A stretch of DNA of 64,000 nucleotides, from the NCBI RefSeq assembly GCF_009914755.1, contig NC_060934.1. One strand, written 5' to 3'. The translations under genes were made by a program, and so were the position numbers. The stretch is from the human T2T-CHM13v2.0 reference genome, Homo sapiens. The notes beneath the pieces were generated by a model. That model made no database searches, was not told the DNA's origin, and saw only the letters and a program-made list of their open reading frames with translations. Below are positions 33,745 to 54,134 of this stretch, piece by piece; position 1 is the stretch's first letter; each line of letters begins with the position of its first letter.

Positions 33745-34578
33745 TGTTTTATTTCATCATAATTTGAGAAGATAACTGATATGATTTTGACTTTTTAATA
33801 TTTGTTTAGACTTGTTTGTGGCCTGATATGTGATCTTCCATGTGCCAATGAGAAGCATGTGTATTCTGCACTTGATCTTAGCCAAAAGGCGAAGTGATGA
33901 GAATGTGTATTCAGTAGTTGTTGGAGGAAATGTTCTGTAAATGTCTGTTAGGTCCATTTGATATATAGCACAGTTTAAGTTTAATGTTTCTTTGTTGATT
34001 TTCTGTCTAGATGATATCCAGTGCTGATAGTGGGATGCTGAAGTTTCCAACTATTATTGTCTTGGGGACTCTTTCTCTCCTTAGCTCTAATAATAATTCC
34101 TGTTTAGAACTGGGTTCTCTAGGGTTAGCTTTTTATATATTTATAATTGTTATATCCTCTCTCTGGATTGATTTCTATATCATTATATACTAATCTTTTT
34201 GTCTCTTTTTTAAAATTTAAAGTCTATTTGTCTGTTGTAAGTATAGCTATTTCTTAACTCTTACTTTCCATTTGTGTGCATAATCTTTTTCGATTCATTC
34301 ACTGTCAGTCTATGTGTGTCTTTACAGGTAAAATGAATTTCTTGTAGGCATCATATAGTTGCTTCTTGGTTTTTTGTTATCAATTCTGTCTGTCTATATC
34401 TTTTAATTCAGGAATTTAAACCACTTACATTCAAGATTGTTATTGATAGATAAGAACTTGTTCTTGTCATTTTGTTGTCTTCTAATTGTTTTGTATATTT
34501 TTTATGTTATTTCTTAGCTTTGTAATTGGTGGCTTTTTATATTCGTCTTTTCATTTGTGTGTCCCTCTTCCAGTATGT
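33745..34578 (-). mobile_element. Old L1 ORF2 endonuclease fragment
   Basis: Peptide SRQKINKETLNLNCAIYQMDLTDIYRTF. Confidence 0.8.
33866..33898 (-). pseudogene. 3'-truncated U2 snRNA retro-fragment (5' ~36 nt)
   Basis: Minus strand atcacttcgccttttggctaagatcaagtgcag versus U2 ATCGCTTCTCGGCCTTTTGGCTAAGATCAAGTGTAG; flanking TSD a(ag)..atgtgtattc. Confidence 0.9.
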
Positions 34579-35667
34579 TTTTGATATGGTTTGGATGTTT
34601 GTTGCCTCCACCATTGAAACTACCATTTAATTGAACACTTTAAATGGGTAAATTATATAGTATGATATACACTCCTAATCACTACTTTCTAATATAAATT
34701 TCCCACTAATAACTTTCAGATATTTTAACATTTATTCATGAATTTAACTATTTCTCAAAAAAGAAAAAGACATCCATCTATTATGTCTAGGTAACAACTG
34801 GTTTTAGTTTCCAGTGTTTACAGGTTTCTAGTAGGCACATGTGCTGCTGGAACTAGATTTCACTGACAAAACTTTAGTCCCAGTAGTTGACTTTAGTTCA
34901 TCAATCCTAATCACCCCTTTCTAACATAAATTCCTCCTTAATAAATTTCAGGTATTTTTCCTGTTATTAAACATGGTTAGACTACTAAATCCAACAAAAG
35001 AGTCAAATTGTGTAAAAACTCCAATGGAAAAGTACCCAATTTTACTCCTTGTATTTCTGCAAATTTAATCATATCCTAAGCTACGAGGTCCACATGGTAA
35101 AGGGACCTAAGAGGGCATGTTTTCCTCAATCTACAAGATATCTTATTATTTTCCATCGCTGGTGCTTACTTGGTTTAAAGTTAACCTAAAAATCACATTA
35201 AAATATTTCTGGATGAGTCAAAGTATTTCTGCACTATAATAATTTCCTGTGATTATGAAGATCATTGTTTTCAAGTTGCTAGGTGGAAAAAAAGTTATGT
35301 TTCGTCTTACCAGGTATATCCATGTGGTATGAATGTGATTCAATATAAACTTTAAAGTCATGTTATTATCATAAATTCTGTAGGATATTTTAATTTTGCG
35401 TTACAGATAAGCACTGTTCAAAGTATTGTGGGGCATCAGGTTGTGCAACAACTTTGTTATCACCTCGATATGTGGTCTTGGTCGAATCACTAAACATTTC
35501 TATGCCTCAATACACTAAGGCTTATATGATTGCTAACAGACCTTCCACTCCTAATGTTTAGTGATTTGGCAATTCAGACATTTTGCTGTAACTTTTATTC
35601 ATTAATAACAAAGGCTGATTAATTTAATACACACACACACACACACACCCCTCACATTCCTATGTAA

Positions 35668-35955
<288 letters not shown>

Positions 35956-36496
35956 TAGAAATGTAAAGCTAGCTAGATATTATTACTTTTAGGACTCATC
36001 CATTTAGAAAGTAATCCATAAAATAATATAGTATAGTGAGCTTAGAATATACTTGGGACAAGTATGTTCAAAATTATTTTAGTCCCTTTCTATTTACAGT
36101 TTAGATAGAAAGTTACTTTAAATTTGCAAAAGCGGAAAGGCTATCTGATGAGTGCAATAAGTAAAGGAAAAAGACAGTTGTTTTATTCTTACAAATTCCC
36201 TCTATACTTTAAAATGTCAGGCATGGTAATAATCTCTCAACTATGGCAGAATCCTTCAGTTGTGTAAAATAGTTCAGATATTATACTACTGCCTTTGGTA
36301 CAAGAGTAGCAGTGTTAGGCAAAACACCCTTTGATCTCTGGTGTGATACAAAGGAAGGCAGACAGGTTAATAGAGAATTAAGTAAAAGACATACTCAAAG
36401 AGGGACCCTCTAAAACCACTGTCATCCAGAGGTGGTTGTTACATGCCCAAAGCTGTTTTATTGTAGGAACGGCATTAGAGGCTTCACATTGCAGGA

Positions 36497-36868
36497 TGTA
36501 TTGAGCCATTCTTGCATTGCTATAAAGGAATACCTGAGACTGGGTAATTTATAAAGAAAAGAGGCTGTACAAGCATAGTGCCAGCATCTACTTGGCTTCT
36601 GGGGAGGCCTCAGGGCGCTTTTACTCACGGCAGAAAGTAAAGCAGAACAGGCACATTACATGACAAGAGCAGGAGCAAGAGAAAGAAGGGGGAAGGTGCT
36701 ACATACTTTTGAACAACTGGATCTCACAAGAACTCATATACTATTGTGAGAACAGCACCATTCCATGGAGAAGGATCTGCCCTTGTGACACAAACACGTC
36801 CCACCTCCAACAATGGGGATTACATTTCAACATGAGATTTGGACAGGAAAAACATACAAACCATATCA
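36497..36868 (-). mobile_element. MSTA/MSTB solo LTR
   Basis: tgtatt...gctataaaggaatacctgagactggg...ccatatca; TSD cagga/caggg. Confidence 0.9.
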
Positions 36869-38505
36869 CAGGGGAAAGAGTTTTCGGTAAAATAATCAAG
36901 CCAAATCACTGAAGAAATAAATAAGCAAACAATAATAACATACCCAGAAAGAAGAGGAAAAGAATCAAAATTAAGATTGCTACATTATATGTCTAAAATG
37001 TCCAGTTTTCAGCATAAAAGTATGAGTTATTCTAATAAGGAAGAAAGTATGACCCATACACAGAAGAAGAGCAGGCAAAAAAACAGCTTATGAGAATCCT
37101 AGCTGTTAGACTTAGCAGACAATGACTACAAAGCAGTTAGTATAAATATATTGAAAGAACTAAAGGAAACCATTCTTTAACAAGAAAAGGAAGATATTAT
37201 GACAATGTTTCATCAAATAGAAGATATCTACAAAGAGATAGAAAATATTTTGCAAAGGGCCACATGGAAATTACAGTGTTAAAAAGTACAAAAATTGGAA
37301 GTAAAAATTTACTAGAGGGGTTCAAGTACATTTGAACTGTCCAAAGAAAGAATTAAAAAACTTAAAGTATTAGGAACACTAAAAAGAAAACAGAGAGAGA
37401 AAGGAGCAGAAAAAATATGGATGAAAACTTTTTGAAGAATATTTAATGATAAATGAGTCTACACATCCAAGCTCAATTAATTCTAAGTAGAATAAACACA
37501 AGGGAATCTATAATCACACTCATAGTAACAATGTTGAAAGATAAAGAGAAAAGCTTAAAAGCAGCAAGAGAAAAACAATGCATGATGTAAAAGAGAACCC
37601 CACTAAGATTAAAAGCTGACTACTTATCATTAGGAACTATTAGGGCCAGAAGGCATTGGGACAGCACATTCAAAAAGCTAAATGAAGGACTGTTAACCAA
37701 AAATCTTATATCCAGCAAAACTATTTATTGAACATGAAGGTGAAATGAAGATATTTCTAAATAGACTTTTTTAAATTAGAAAATTTATTCCTATCAGAAC
37801 TGCTTTCCAAGAAATATAGAGTTCTTCAGGTTGAAAACCATTGACCTCTGACACTAACTTGAACCCATAAAACGAACATAGGTTAAAGGAATTCTGTAAC
37901 TCTGAAAGACCATATAAATATACTTCACTTCTTTCTACTCTTAATTTTAACTCTTAATTGATATAAAATGCAATTGTATAAAAAATATTTACAGAATTTT
38001 ATTGCTGGGACTTTAAAATATAGACATGTAGTATATTCCAGAATGTTAGCACACAGGCGATGGTTGAGAGAAATGATGTATTGAAGTTAAAAAAAAATGA
38101 CAAGAGAGGGGGCTCCAAGATGACTGTCTTAAAGATATCTGGCACTCTTCTCAACACATACAAAAAAACAAATTTGGGAATTGATAATCATATTTCAAAT
38201 AGATCGTCTAATCAGGAACACTAGAATTCAGCAGAGAATTAACAGGAAACACCTGAGGCATAGAAGGAAAGGGAAAGGAGGCAGCTGACCTAAGTAGGAT
38301 CGATAAAGTCCAGAGAGGCTCCCCAGTGTGGGAAAAGGGTGAGAGGTCCCTAGAAGTCAACATTCCCACCATAGATTCCTCCAATCCTAGCCATGGGAGA
38401 GCCACCCTTACAGGCCCTGACCAGTGGCATTGCTCTAGAGAGGGAGCTCATGTGAGTCACACACACACACCGTGAGAACCAAGCAGATGCAGCATAGTGC
38501 CTTTT

Positions 38506-38643
38506 TTCCTCTGCCTCCTGGGTTCAAGTGATTCTTCTGTCTTAGCCTCCCAAGTAGCTGGGACTACAGGCATGCACCACCACGCCCAGCTAATTTTTGT
38601 ATTTTCAGTAGTGATGGGGTTTTTCCATGTTGGCCAGGCTGGT
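38506..38643 (-). mobile_element. Internal Alu fragment with both ends missing
   Basis: cctctgcctcctgggttcaag...ttggccaggctggt. Confidence 0.85.
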
Positions 38644-39590
38644 GTGGCCCAACATCCCTACATCGTAGAGCCCCACTGACATCCCCCTGCATCTATGCAG
38701 TGGGCTGCAGACACTGCCACTGAGAGCAACTCAATCCTACCCAGCGGCAGGACCACCACACAGTTGGATGCACCCTGAGAACAGGCTCTCCCTGACAACT
38801 GCCATTGCTGTTAATGCCACCCAGGCACACCACTTGGGGTCCTGGGGATTTCCCCACCCTGCCTGCCAAAGCATGTGCCCATGCATACCATTGGGGGATC
38901 TGAGAACCAGCCCTCTCAGCCTAGAGCCGTGTTTCAGTGCCCAAAAATGCCTCCCAGGGGCCAGGGGATTACCTTGCCCCATCAGTTGCCCTGATTACCA
39001 GGGGACCTCACAATAGGCCCAGAAACCTGTCAGCAGCACCAAAGCATGACACCCAAAGGCCGGGGGCTCATCCTGCCCCATTTACCACCACAGGCATCTG
39101 TGCACTCTTCCTGGGTCCTGGAGGATGAACTCAGCTAGCCAGTTGTAGCCACTACTAACACCAGTGCATGCTACTTGGGAGCCTGTGGGTTGTTTCACCA
39201 CTGTGACTTTTATTGCCCACATCATGTACACTGTCTGGAGGCTCAAGGACCCACCTACCTGCTGGCACCATGGCCAGCACTCAAGCAAGCCACCTAGAGG
39301 CCCAAGGATTAGCCTGCCTGGACTCACTAATCCTGATGCTCACATATATCACCTAGGGGCCCAAGGATAGGCATGCTCAGCCATTGCTATCACTAATGAG
39401 GCCAAGGACTGATTCACCTGGGGTCCCTGTCCCCAGCAAAGCCTCACGGCAGCATCCACTAGCAACTACAGCCTAAGTCATTGAAGAAATGACGGACATC
39501 ACTGACACTGTTTATAGCTGAAAAAAAAAATTATACAGAGGCCGTATACCACTGCATACACCCAGAATCAAAGCTAAAATGCCCAACCCA

Positions 39591-39730
39591 GGGTAGGCAT
39601 GGTGACTCATGCCTATACCCCAGCACTTTGGGAGGTGAAGGTGGCAGGATCACTTGAGATCAGACATTTGAGGCCAGCCTTGGTTCAAGACCAGTGAGAC
39701 ACTGTCTCTACCAAAAAACTTTTTTTAATT
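39591..39730 (+). mobile_element. FLAM/AluJ left monomer
   Basis: Diverged left-arm Alu; imperfect TSD tgccc(a/t)a(c/t)cca. Confidence 0.75.
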
Positions 39731-40145
39731 TGAAAAGTGCCCTATCCAACCAACATCATAGATAGCATCTTCAGGAAAAAGTTTTGCTCTGTGAAAGCCA
39801 ATCCACAAATTGAGAGAAGTGAGTGTTACATGAGATGACAGACACATAAGTACACAAGAAACATGAAAAAGCGAGGAAATGTGACACCTCAAAAAGAACA
39901 CAATAATTCTTCAGCAACAGATTCCAGTGAAAAAGAAATTAATGAAACGCCTGAAACAGAATTGAAAATAATGATATTAAAGAAGCTCAATGAGGTAGAA
40001 GAGAACACAGATAAACAATACAAAGAAATCAGAAAAATAATTTTGAGAGGAATGAAAAATTTATTAAAGAGGTAGATATCATTAAGAAAAGAACCAAACA
40101 GAAATCCCATAATTCAATTCAATTAATAAAACAAAAAATACATTC

Positions 40146-40730
40146 AGTGGGAGAAAATTTTTGCAATCTACCCATCTGACAAAGGGCTAATATCCAGAAT
40201 CTACAAAGAACTCAAACAAATTTGCAAGAAAAAAACAAACAGCCCCATCAAAAAGTGGGCAAAGGATATGAACAGACACTTTTTAAAAGAAGACATTTAT
40301 GCAGCCAACAGACACAAGAAAAAATGCTCATCATCACTGGTCATCAGAGAAATGCAAATCAAAACCACAATGAGATACCATCTCACACCAGTTAGAATGG
40401 CAATCATTAAAAAGTCAGAAAACAACAGATGCTGGAGAGGATGTGGAGAAATAGGAACACTTTTACACTGTTAGTGGGACTGTAAACTAGTTCAACCATT
40501 GTGGAAGTCAGTGTGGCAATTCCTCAGGGATCTAGAACTAGAAATACCATTTGACCCAGCCATCCCATTACTTGGTATATACCCAAAGGATTATAAATCA
40601 TGCTACTATAAAGACACATGCACGCATATGTTTATTGCGCACTATTCACAATAGCAAAAACTGGGAACGAACTCAAATGTCTATCAGTGATAGACTGGAT
40701 TAAGAAAATGTGGCACATATACACCATGGA
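40146..40730 (+). mobile_element. Tailless internal L1PA ORF2 fragment
   Basis: Close match to the L1PA ORF2 C-terminal region ([14 protein letters not shown]...); stops before the ORF2 end; no poly(A). Confidence 0.9.
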
Positions 40731-43700
40731 TGTGGAAACACACAAATGAGGAAGAAAAAGAACTCAAATGTTACTATGGCAGAAAATCACCAAACCACAA
40801 TGATAAACAACACAAGAGAAAGAAAGAAACAAAGGATAAAGAAAACAACCAGAAAATAAGAAAACAATAGGAATAAGTTCTCACATATCAATATTATTCT
40901 TGAATGTAAACAGAAAATGGCTGAATGGATTTTAAAAACATGAGCAAACTGTATACTGCCTATAAGAAACTCACTTCACCTGTAAAGAAACATATAGACT
41001 GGTAGTGAAGGAATGGAAAAAATATTCCATGCAAACAGAAAACAAAAGTGAGCAGGAGTAGCTGTACTTATTTCAGATAAAACAGACTTTAAGTCAAAAA
41101 CAATAAAAAGAGATAAGGATAATTATTATATAATGATAAAAGGATCAATTCAGAAAGAGGATATACCAATTTTAAACTTATATTCACCCAACATTGAAGC
41201 ATCCAGATATATAAAGCAAATATTAAATCTAAAGGGACAGAGACAGTCCAATAAAATAATAGCTAGAAACTTCAACACCTCATTCTCAGCATTAGACAGA
41301 TTGTCTAGACAGAAAATCAACGAAGAAACATTGAGTTTAAACATCAGTTTAAACCAAATGGCCCTAACAGATAATTACAAAGTATTTTCTTCAGTAACTG
41401 CAGAACACACATTCTTCTCGTCAGCACATGGAACATTCTCCAGGTTAGACCATATGTTAGGCCACAAAAGATGTCTTAACAAATTTTTAAAAATCAAAAT
41501 CATATCAAGTATTTTTTCAGACCATGACAGATTAAAACTAGAAATCAAAAACTAGAGGAACTTTGGGAACTGTGCAAACACATGGAAATTAAGCAAAGTG
41601 CTCATGAATGATCACTGAATCAATGAAGAGATTAAAAAGGAAATAAAAAAATGCTTGAAACAAATGAAAATGAAAATGCAACATATCAAAACCTATGGGA
41701 TATAACAAAAGCAATGCTAAAAATGGAAGTTTATAGCAATAAACACCTCCATCAAAGAGTAGAAAGATTTCAAATAAATTAACAATGCACCTCAAGAGAC
41801 TAGAAAAGCAAAAACAAACCAATCACAACAAAAATTAATAGAAGAAAAGCAAAAAGGATCAGAGCAGAACTAAGTGAAATAGATACTTAAGCAAAGGATC
41901 AATCAAATCAAAACTTGGTGTTTTAAAAAGATGAAATTAATAAACCACTAGGTAGACTAACTTAAAAAAAGATAGAAGATACAAATTAACAAAATCAGAA
42001 ATGAAAAAGGAGATAGAACTGATACCACAGAATTACAAAAGATCATCAGAAAATATTATGAACAACTATACGCTGATAAACTGGAAAATCTAGAGGAAAT
42101 TGATAGATTTCTGGACACATATAGCCTACCAAGATTGAATTAAGAAGAAATAGAAAATCTGGTTAATGGGTACTACAAACGTGCTGTTAGATAAAAAGAA
42201 TAAGTTCTAAAGTTCCGTAGCAGAGGAGATTGATTATAGTTAATAACAATGTATTTTGTATTTCAGAATAGCTAGAGAGAGGTCTAGAAATGTTCCCAAC
42301 ACATGACTAGATGGCCTCACTGCCAATTTTTTCCAAACCTTTAAAGAACTAACACCAATTCCCCTCAAACTATTCCAAAAAATTGAAGAGGACGGAATTC
42401 TCTGTAACTCAGTCTACAAGGCCAGCATTTACTCTGATACCAAAACCAGACAAGGACATAAAAAAATAAAAGTACAAGTCAATATCTCTGATGAACATCA
42501 ACATAAAAATCCCCAACAAAATGCTAGCAAACCAAATTCAACAACATATCAGGAAGATAATGCACTGTGATCAAGTTGGATCTATCCCACGGATGTAAGG
42601 GTGGTTTAACATATACAAATCAATAAACAAGGTAGATCAACAGAAAGAAGGACAAAACCATATAATCACCTCAGTAGATGCAGAAAAAACATTTGATAAA
42701 ATTCAACATTCCTTCATGATAAAATTCTCAACAACTTAGGCATAAAAGGAATGTACCTCAAACTAATAAAGTCCATATATGACAGACCCACAGCTAACAT
42801 CATACTGAATGATGATAAATCGCTGAGGTGATATTCTAAATAATCTGACTTGATTTTTATGCACACTATACATATAACCAAATATCACATGTACCCCATA
42901 AATAGGCACAAATATTATGTATTAACAAAAAAGAAAATGACAAGATATGATAATCTGAAACCACAGGAACAAATTAATAGAACCAGAAATTATAAATAAG
43001 AAGGTTAATATAATACAAATTGGAAATATATATTTTCTTTCTTGCCTCAGCTTTTTAAAAAAGCATAAAATTATATAAAGAAATAATTATAACAACAACT
43101 ATAACCATATCTTTATTATTTACAAATGTGCTATGTATAACAATAGCACAAAAATGGGGAACGGAATACAGCTATATGGGAGTTACTTTTCTATATTTCA
43201 CTGGAATTTAGTATAAATTTAAAGTACTTTTTAAACTTGACTGTGATGATGGTGACAGACATTACTGAATGTATTAAAATCCATAGAATTTAAGATTTTA
43301 GATAGCTTATTTAAAATACTCAGTGAACTTCAAGCAGAAAAACATTTTTAAAAGATTTAAAGCAAAGGGAGGATATTGTGAAGGAGGAAGATTGTAACTC
43401 TTAGTAAATTATAAGTGTCTCCAGCACATACCTTTTAATTTCTAGTATTTAACCCAATATTTCCTCAGATGGTCTCATTTTTTTCCCTGATTGTGTAAGG
43501 ATCATTTGCTTGCTCATTTCAAATGAACCCGTCCTTCTTTGATATATCAGTTGAAGAAAGAACAAAGGAAGCTAAAATACATCTGCCGATGTTTCCAGTT
43601 TTGAGTCGCTATATCTCTTATATTGTTACTTGATTACTGAAAACTTGTTCTGCTCAATCTTATGGATCACTTTTTACTTTGGTAGTGAGGCAGTGCTCAG

Positions 43701-43790
43701 TATAGAATGCAGTTGTGGCATATTTGAGCAGCTGGTGTCATAATGCAACCATTTACATTATTCATGTATTCACCAATTTTCCCAAAACAG

Positions 43791-43817
43791 CAACAACAAC
43801 AACAACAACAACAACAA
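43791..43817 (+). repeat. (CAA)n microsatellite
   Basis: Seen directly. Confidence 0.9.
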
Positions 43818-44635
43818 ACCGCTCTACAATACAATGGAAGGATTATGACAAGTGTCCAACCATAGTTATATACTCTGCTAGAGCCAATTCTACCCACAGA
43901 ATCTTAAGCCCAATGTTGACCTTATGTCACCAATCCTCATTATCCCCTTTTCAATATGAATTTCTTTTTAATAATTTTTATACGTTTTTATCTCATTGAA
44001 CTTAGTAGTTTCTAATTCCAGGAAAATATCAAACCACATAAAAACTTAAATGGAAACGGATCCAATAACAATTCTGATAGTGCTGCAAATCTGACCATTA
44101 CCTCCTTGATTCATGTTCAAGGGACCTCAGAGGGCAGTTTTTCTCAGTTTTACAAATATCTTGTAATGTTTTTCATAACCAATATCTAAAGAATTTACAA
44201 TTACATAACGTAAAAAGGGGAAAGAAATATTCCTCAATGAATCAAATAATTTCTGCCTCATGAGAAGTTTCTGTGACTAATGAGGCCATGGTTTGCAGCT
44301 TGACCTATGGAAAAAAAGTTCCACCTCACATAGTACATACCTACAGGTTGGGTATATTTTTAGTGTAAACTTGAAAGATACATTATCATCATAATGTCCC
44401 TAGGATGATTTCAATTTGCATAAGAAATAGCATTGTATAGAACAATTACTGGTTAAGAAATTGTGCAGCATCAGGTTGTGCATCAGTTTTACCTTTCCCT
44501 GGCTATATGATATTTCAATTCATTAAACATATCTAAGCCTGAATATAGTCTGGCTTATATAATTGTTAACATCCTTTCCTTTTTAAGGTTTTTGTTATTT
44601 TCCAATCCAGACATTTCATTTTAATTCTTCTATAA

Positions 44636-44952
<317 letters not shown>

Positions 44953-45045
44953 ACAAATATTTTAAGTTAGTAACACACACACATATATGTACATGCACTC
45001 ACACTGTCACATTTGTGTATAAATGATTACCTTACAGTGTTTTGA

Positions 45046-45210
<165 letters not shown>

Positions 45211-46554
45211 TAAGTGTGCATCTTTAAGGAGAACAGTGCCTATGAATTATTACATAGGCAAAAGTCTTTATGAATTCCCCTCTATAATATTTCAACTCTA
45301 GTTTCAACTAGCAATGTAAAATTAGCTTTTCAAAAGCAGAAGGGCTAGATGATGGATGTGATAAGAAGATGAATATAACAGATAGTAATTTTATTGGTTA
45401 CCAGTTGACTCTATATGGTAAAAATATCAGTCAAGTTTGTAACATCTCAGCTGCAATAAAGTTATTTAGTTATATTTTTCAGAGATTACACAACTGAATT
45501 TAGTCCTGGGGTTACAGTGTTAGACACACTTCTCTATGACCGTTGGTGTGATACCAAAAGAAGACATTTTAACAAATAAATAATGGAAAGAGACATTCAA
45601 AGAGTGCCCTGCTAAAACCACTGTCATCCGAGGGAAACTGTTTGCATGCCCAAGGAGATGCCCTCAAAAAGCAACATAAGAGACTTTACACTGTAGAGGA
45701 AAGAGACTTTAGGAAAATACTTCTATCAAATCACACACATACACAAACACCCCACCACCAACAACAACAACAAGCAGCAAACAAACAAAAACAACAAGCC
45801 CCACAAAAAGGAAGAGTCAATCAACATACAGATTTGCTATAATACATTATCTAAATTGTCCATATTTTAGCAAAAAAATTTAGGACATGCACAGAAACAG
45901 TACTCTGTAACCCAAACACAAGGAAAAAGGCAAGGAAAACTGCTTGTGAGAGTCCTACACGTTAGATTTAGCAGACAATGATTACAAAGTAGTCTAATAA
46001 TAATAATAATATCATCAAATAATTAAAACATTTCTCAAAGAAGAAAAAGAAGGTACAATAACAATCTTTTATCAAATAGATGTCAACATTGTGATGTAAA
46101 TTAAATTTTTAAAGAACCAAATTAATATTTGGAATTGAAAGGTAAAATAACTACAAGGGAAAATTCATTACAGGGTCAAGGAAAGATTTGAAATGTCAGA
46201 AGGAGTAAGCAAACTTAATATAATGGGAATACCAGAAGGAGAGTCTTCCAAGTAGAGAGAGAATAAGAAAAAATATTTGAAGAAAATTGGCTGAATACTT
46301 TGAAAAATATTTACTAGGTAATATTAATCTATACATCTGAGTTCTATTAAATCTAAGTAGAATAAATACAAATCAATCCATGACCAGACTAATCACTGTA
46401 AAAATGTTGAAAAAGAAAGAGAAAATGTACAATGCATCAAGAGGAAAACAATTCATCCCGTAGAAGAGAACCCCAGTGAGATTAACATCTGACTCAGCAT
46501 TAGAAACTTTTGAAGTCCAGAAGGCTGTGGTGTTGTATATTAAAAGTGCTGAAA

Positions 46555-52685
<6,131 letters not shown>

Positions 52686-53843
52686 AAAAGTGCTGAAAAA
52701 AAAAAATCTACCAACCAATAATTTTATTGCTAGCAAAACTGCTTTTCAGAAAAGGTGAAATATGAAATTACTAAATAAAAATTGAGAGATTTCATTTCTA
52801 GCAGAACTGTTTTCCAAGAAATTCTAAAGAAATTTCTTCAGGCTAAAGCTGACCTCTGACAGTAATTTGAAGCCCCCTAAAAAAGGTATGAGTTAAATGT
52901 TATAATTGCAAAAGAGAGTATGTACAAATATATATTCCACCTTCTTTCTTTTCTTAATTTATCTAAAAGACAACTGTATAAAAAATTTATATAATTGTAT
53001 CATTGGGCATATAACATATCAACATGTAATATATTCATGATAGCATCACAAAGGTGATTGGAGGGAGAAGTGATGTAACACTGTAAGAAAATAACACTGG
53101 ATGATAAATACAGAGCAAGAATAAAAATAACCAAAAAATGTAAATAAGTGTGTTCATGTAACAAATACTATAAACATGTACTTGATCTTCTTTCTTTTCT
53201 CAGTTTATTTAAAAGGCATAAAGTTATACAAAGAAATAATTATAACAATAATTATTACATTGTCCTTAATATTTACAGGTATAATATGTATAACAGTAGC
53301 ACAAAAACTGGGGAAAGAGAATAAAGGTATATATAAAGGAGTAATGTTTCTGTATCTCAGTAGAATGTAATTAGTGTAAATGTGAAAAAGATTATAAAGT
53401 TGACTGAGGTAATACACATTTCTGTAATAAGCATTGAATTGGACACTTTAAATGGAAAAATAGTATGGTTTAAAAATATACACATTTTTAAAAGCTCAGG
53501 AACTCTAAGCAGGATAAGATTTTGTAAAATTTAAAGCAACAGGATAATAATGTAAGGGAGGAAAATTGTGACTTTTACTAGTTGATAAATTTCTCCAGCA
53601 CATAACTTTGTATTCGTAGTGTTTAACTCTAAAATGCTCTACTCATTGACTCCCTGCTTATCTAAAAATCCTCTGATTTCTTAGTTCAAATGAATCAGCC
53701 TTTCTTACTTATATCTGTAAGAGAAAGACAAAAGAGCTGAAATACATCTGTTAATGTTCCTCAGTTTTCTGTTGCATATAGCTATTACTTTTACAAAATG
53801 TTGTTATTGAATTATTGAAAACTCGTTTTGTCCAATATGATGC

Positions 53844-54134
53844 TTTTTTTTTTTTGAGATGGTGTCTTGCTCTGTTGCCCAGGCTGGAGTACAGTGATGC
53901 AATCTTGGCTCACCACAACCTCCGCCTCCCAGGTTCAAGCAATTATCCTGCCTCAGCCTCCTAAGTAGCTGGGACTAAGGCGCACGCCACCACGCCCTGC
54001 TAATTTTTGTGTTTTTAGTAGAGACAAGGTTTCACTATGTTGGCCAGGCTGGTCTCGAACTTGGGACCTCGAGATCTGCCCACCTCGGCCTCCCAAAGTG
54101 CTGGGATTACAGGCATGAGCCACTGCACCTGGCC
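53844..54134 (-). mobile_element. AluS
   Basis: Antisense dimer; TSD aatat(g/a)atgc. Confidence 0.95.

Larger units (their letters stand above)
38106..42933 (+). mobile_element. L1MA-type element with both ends, internally deleted and rearranged
   Basis: Start ggctccaagatg; endonuclease ORF 41133-41555; L1MA 3'UTR; TSD aaaatgacaaga at 38094-38105 and 42934-42945. Confidence 0.85.
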
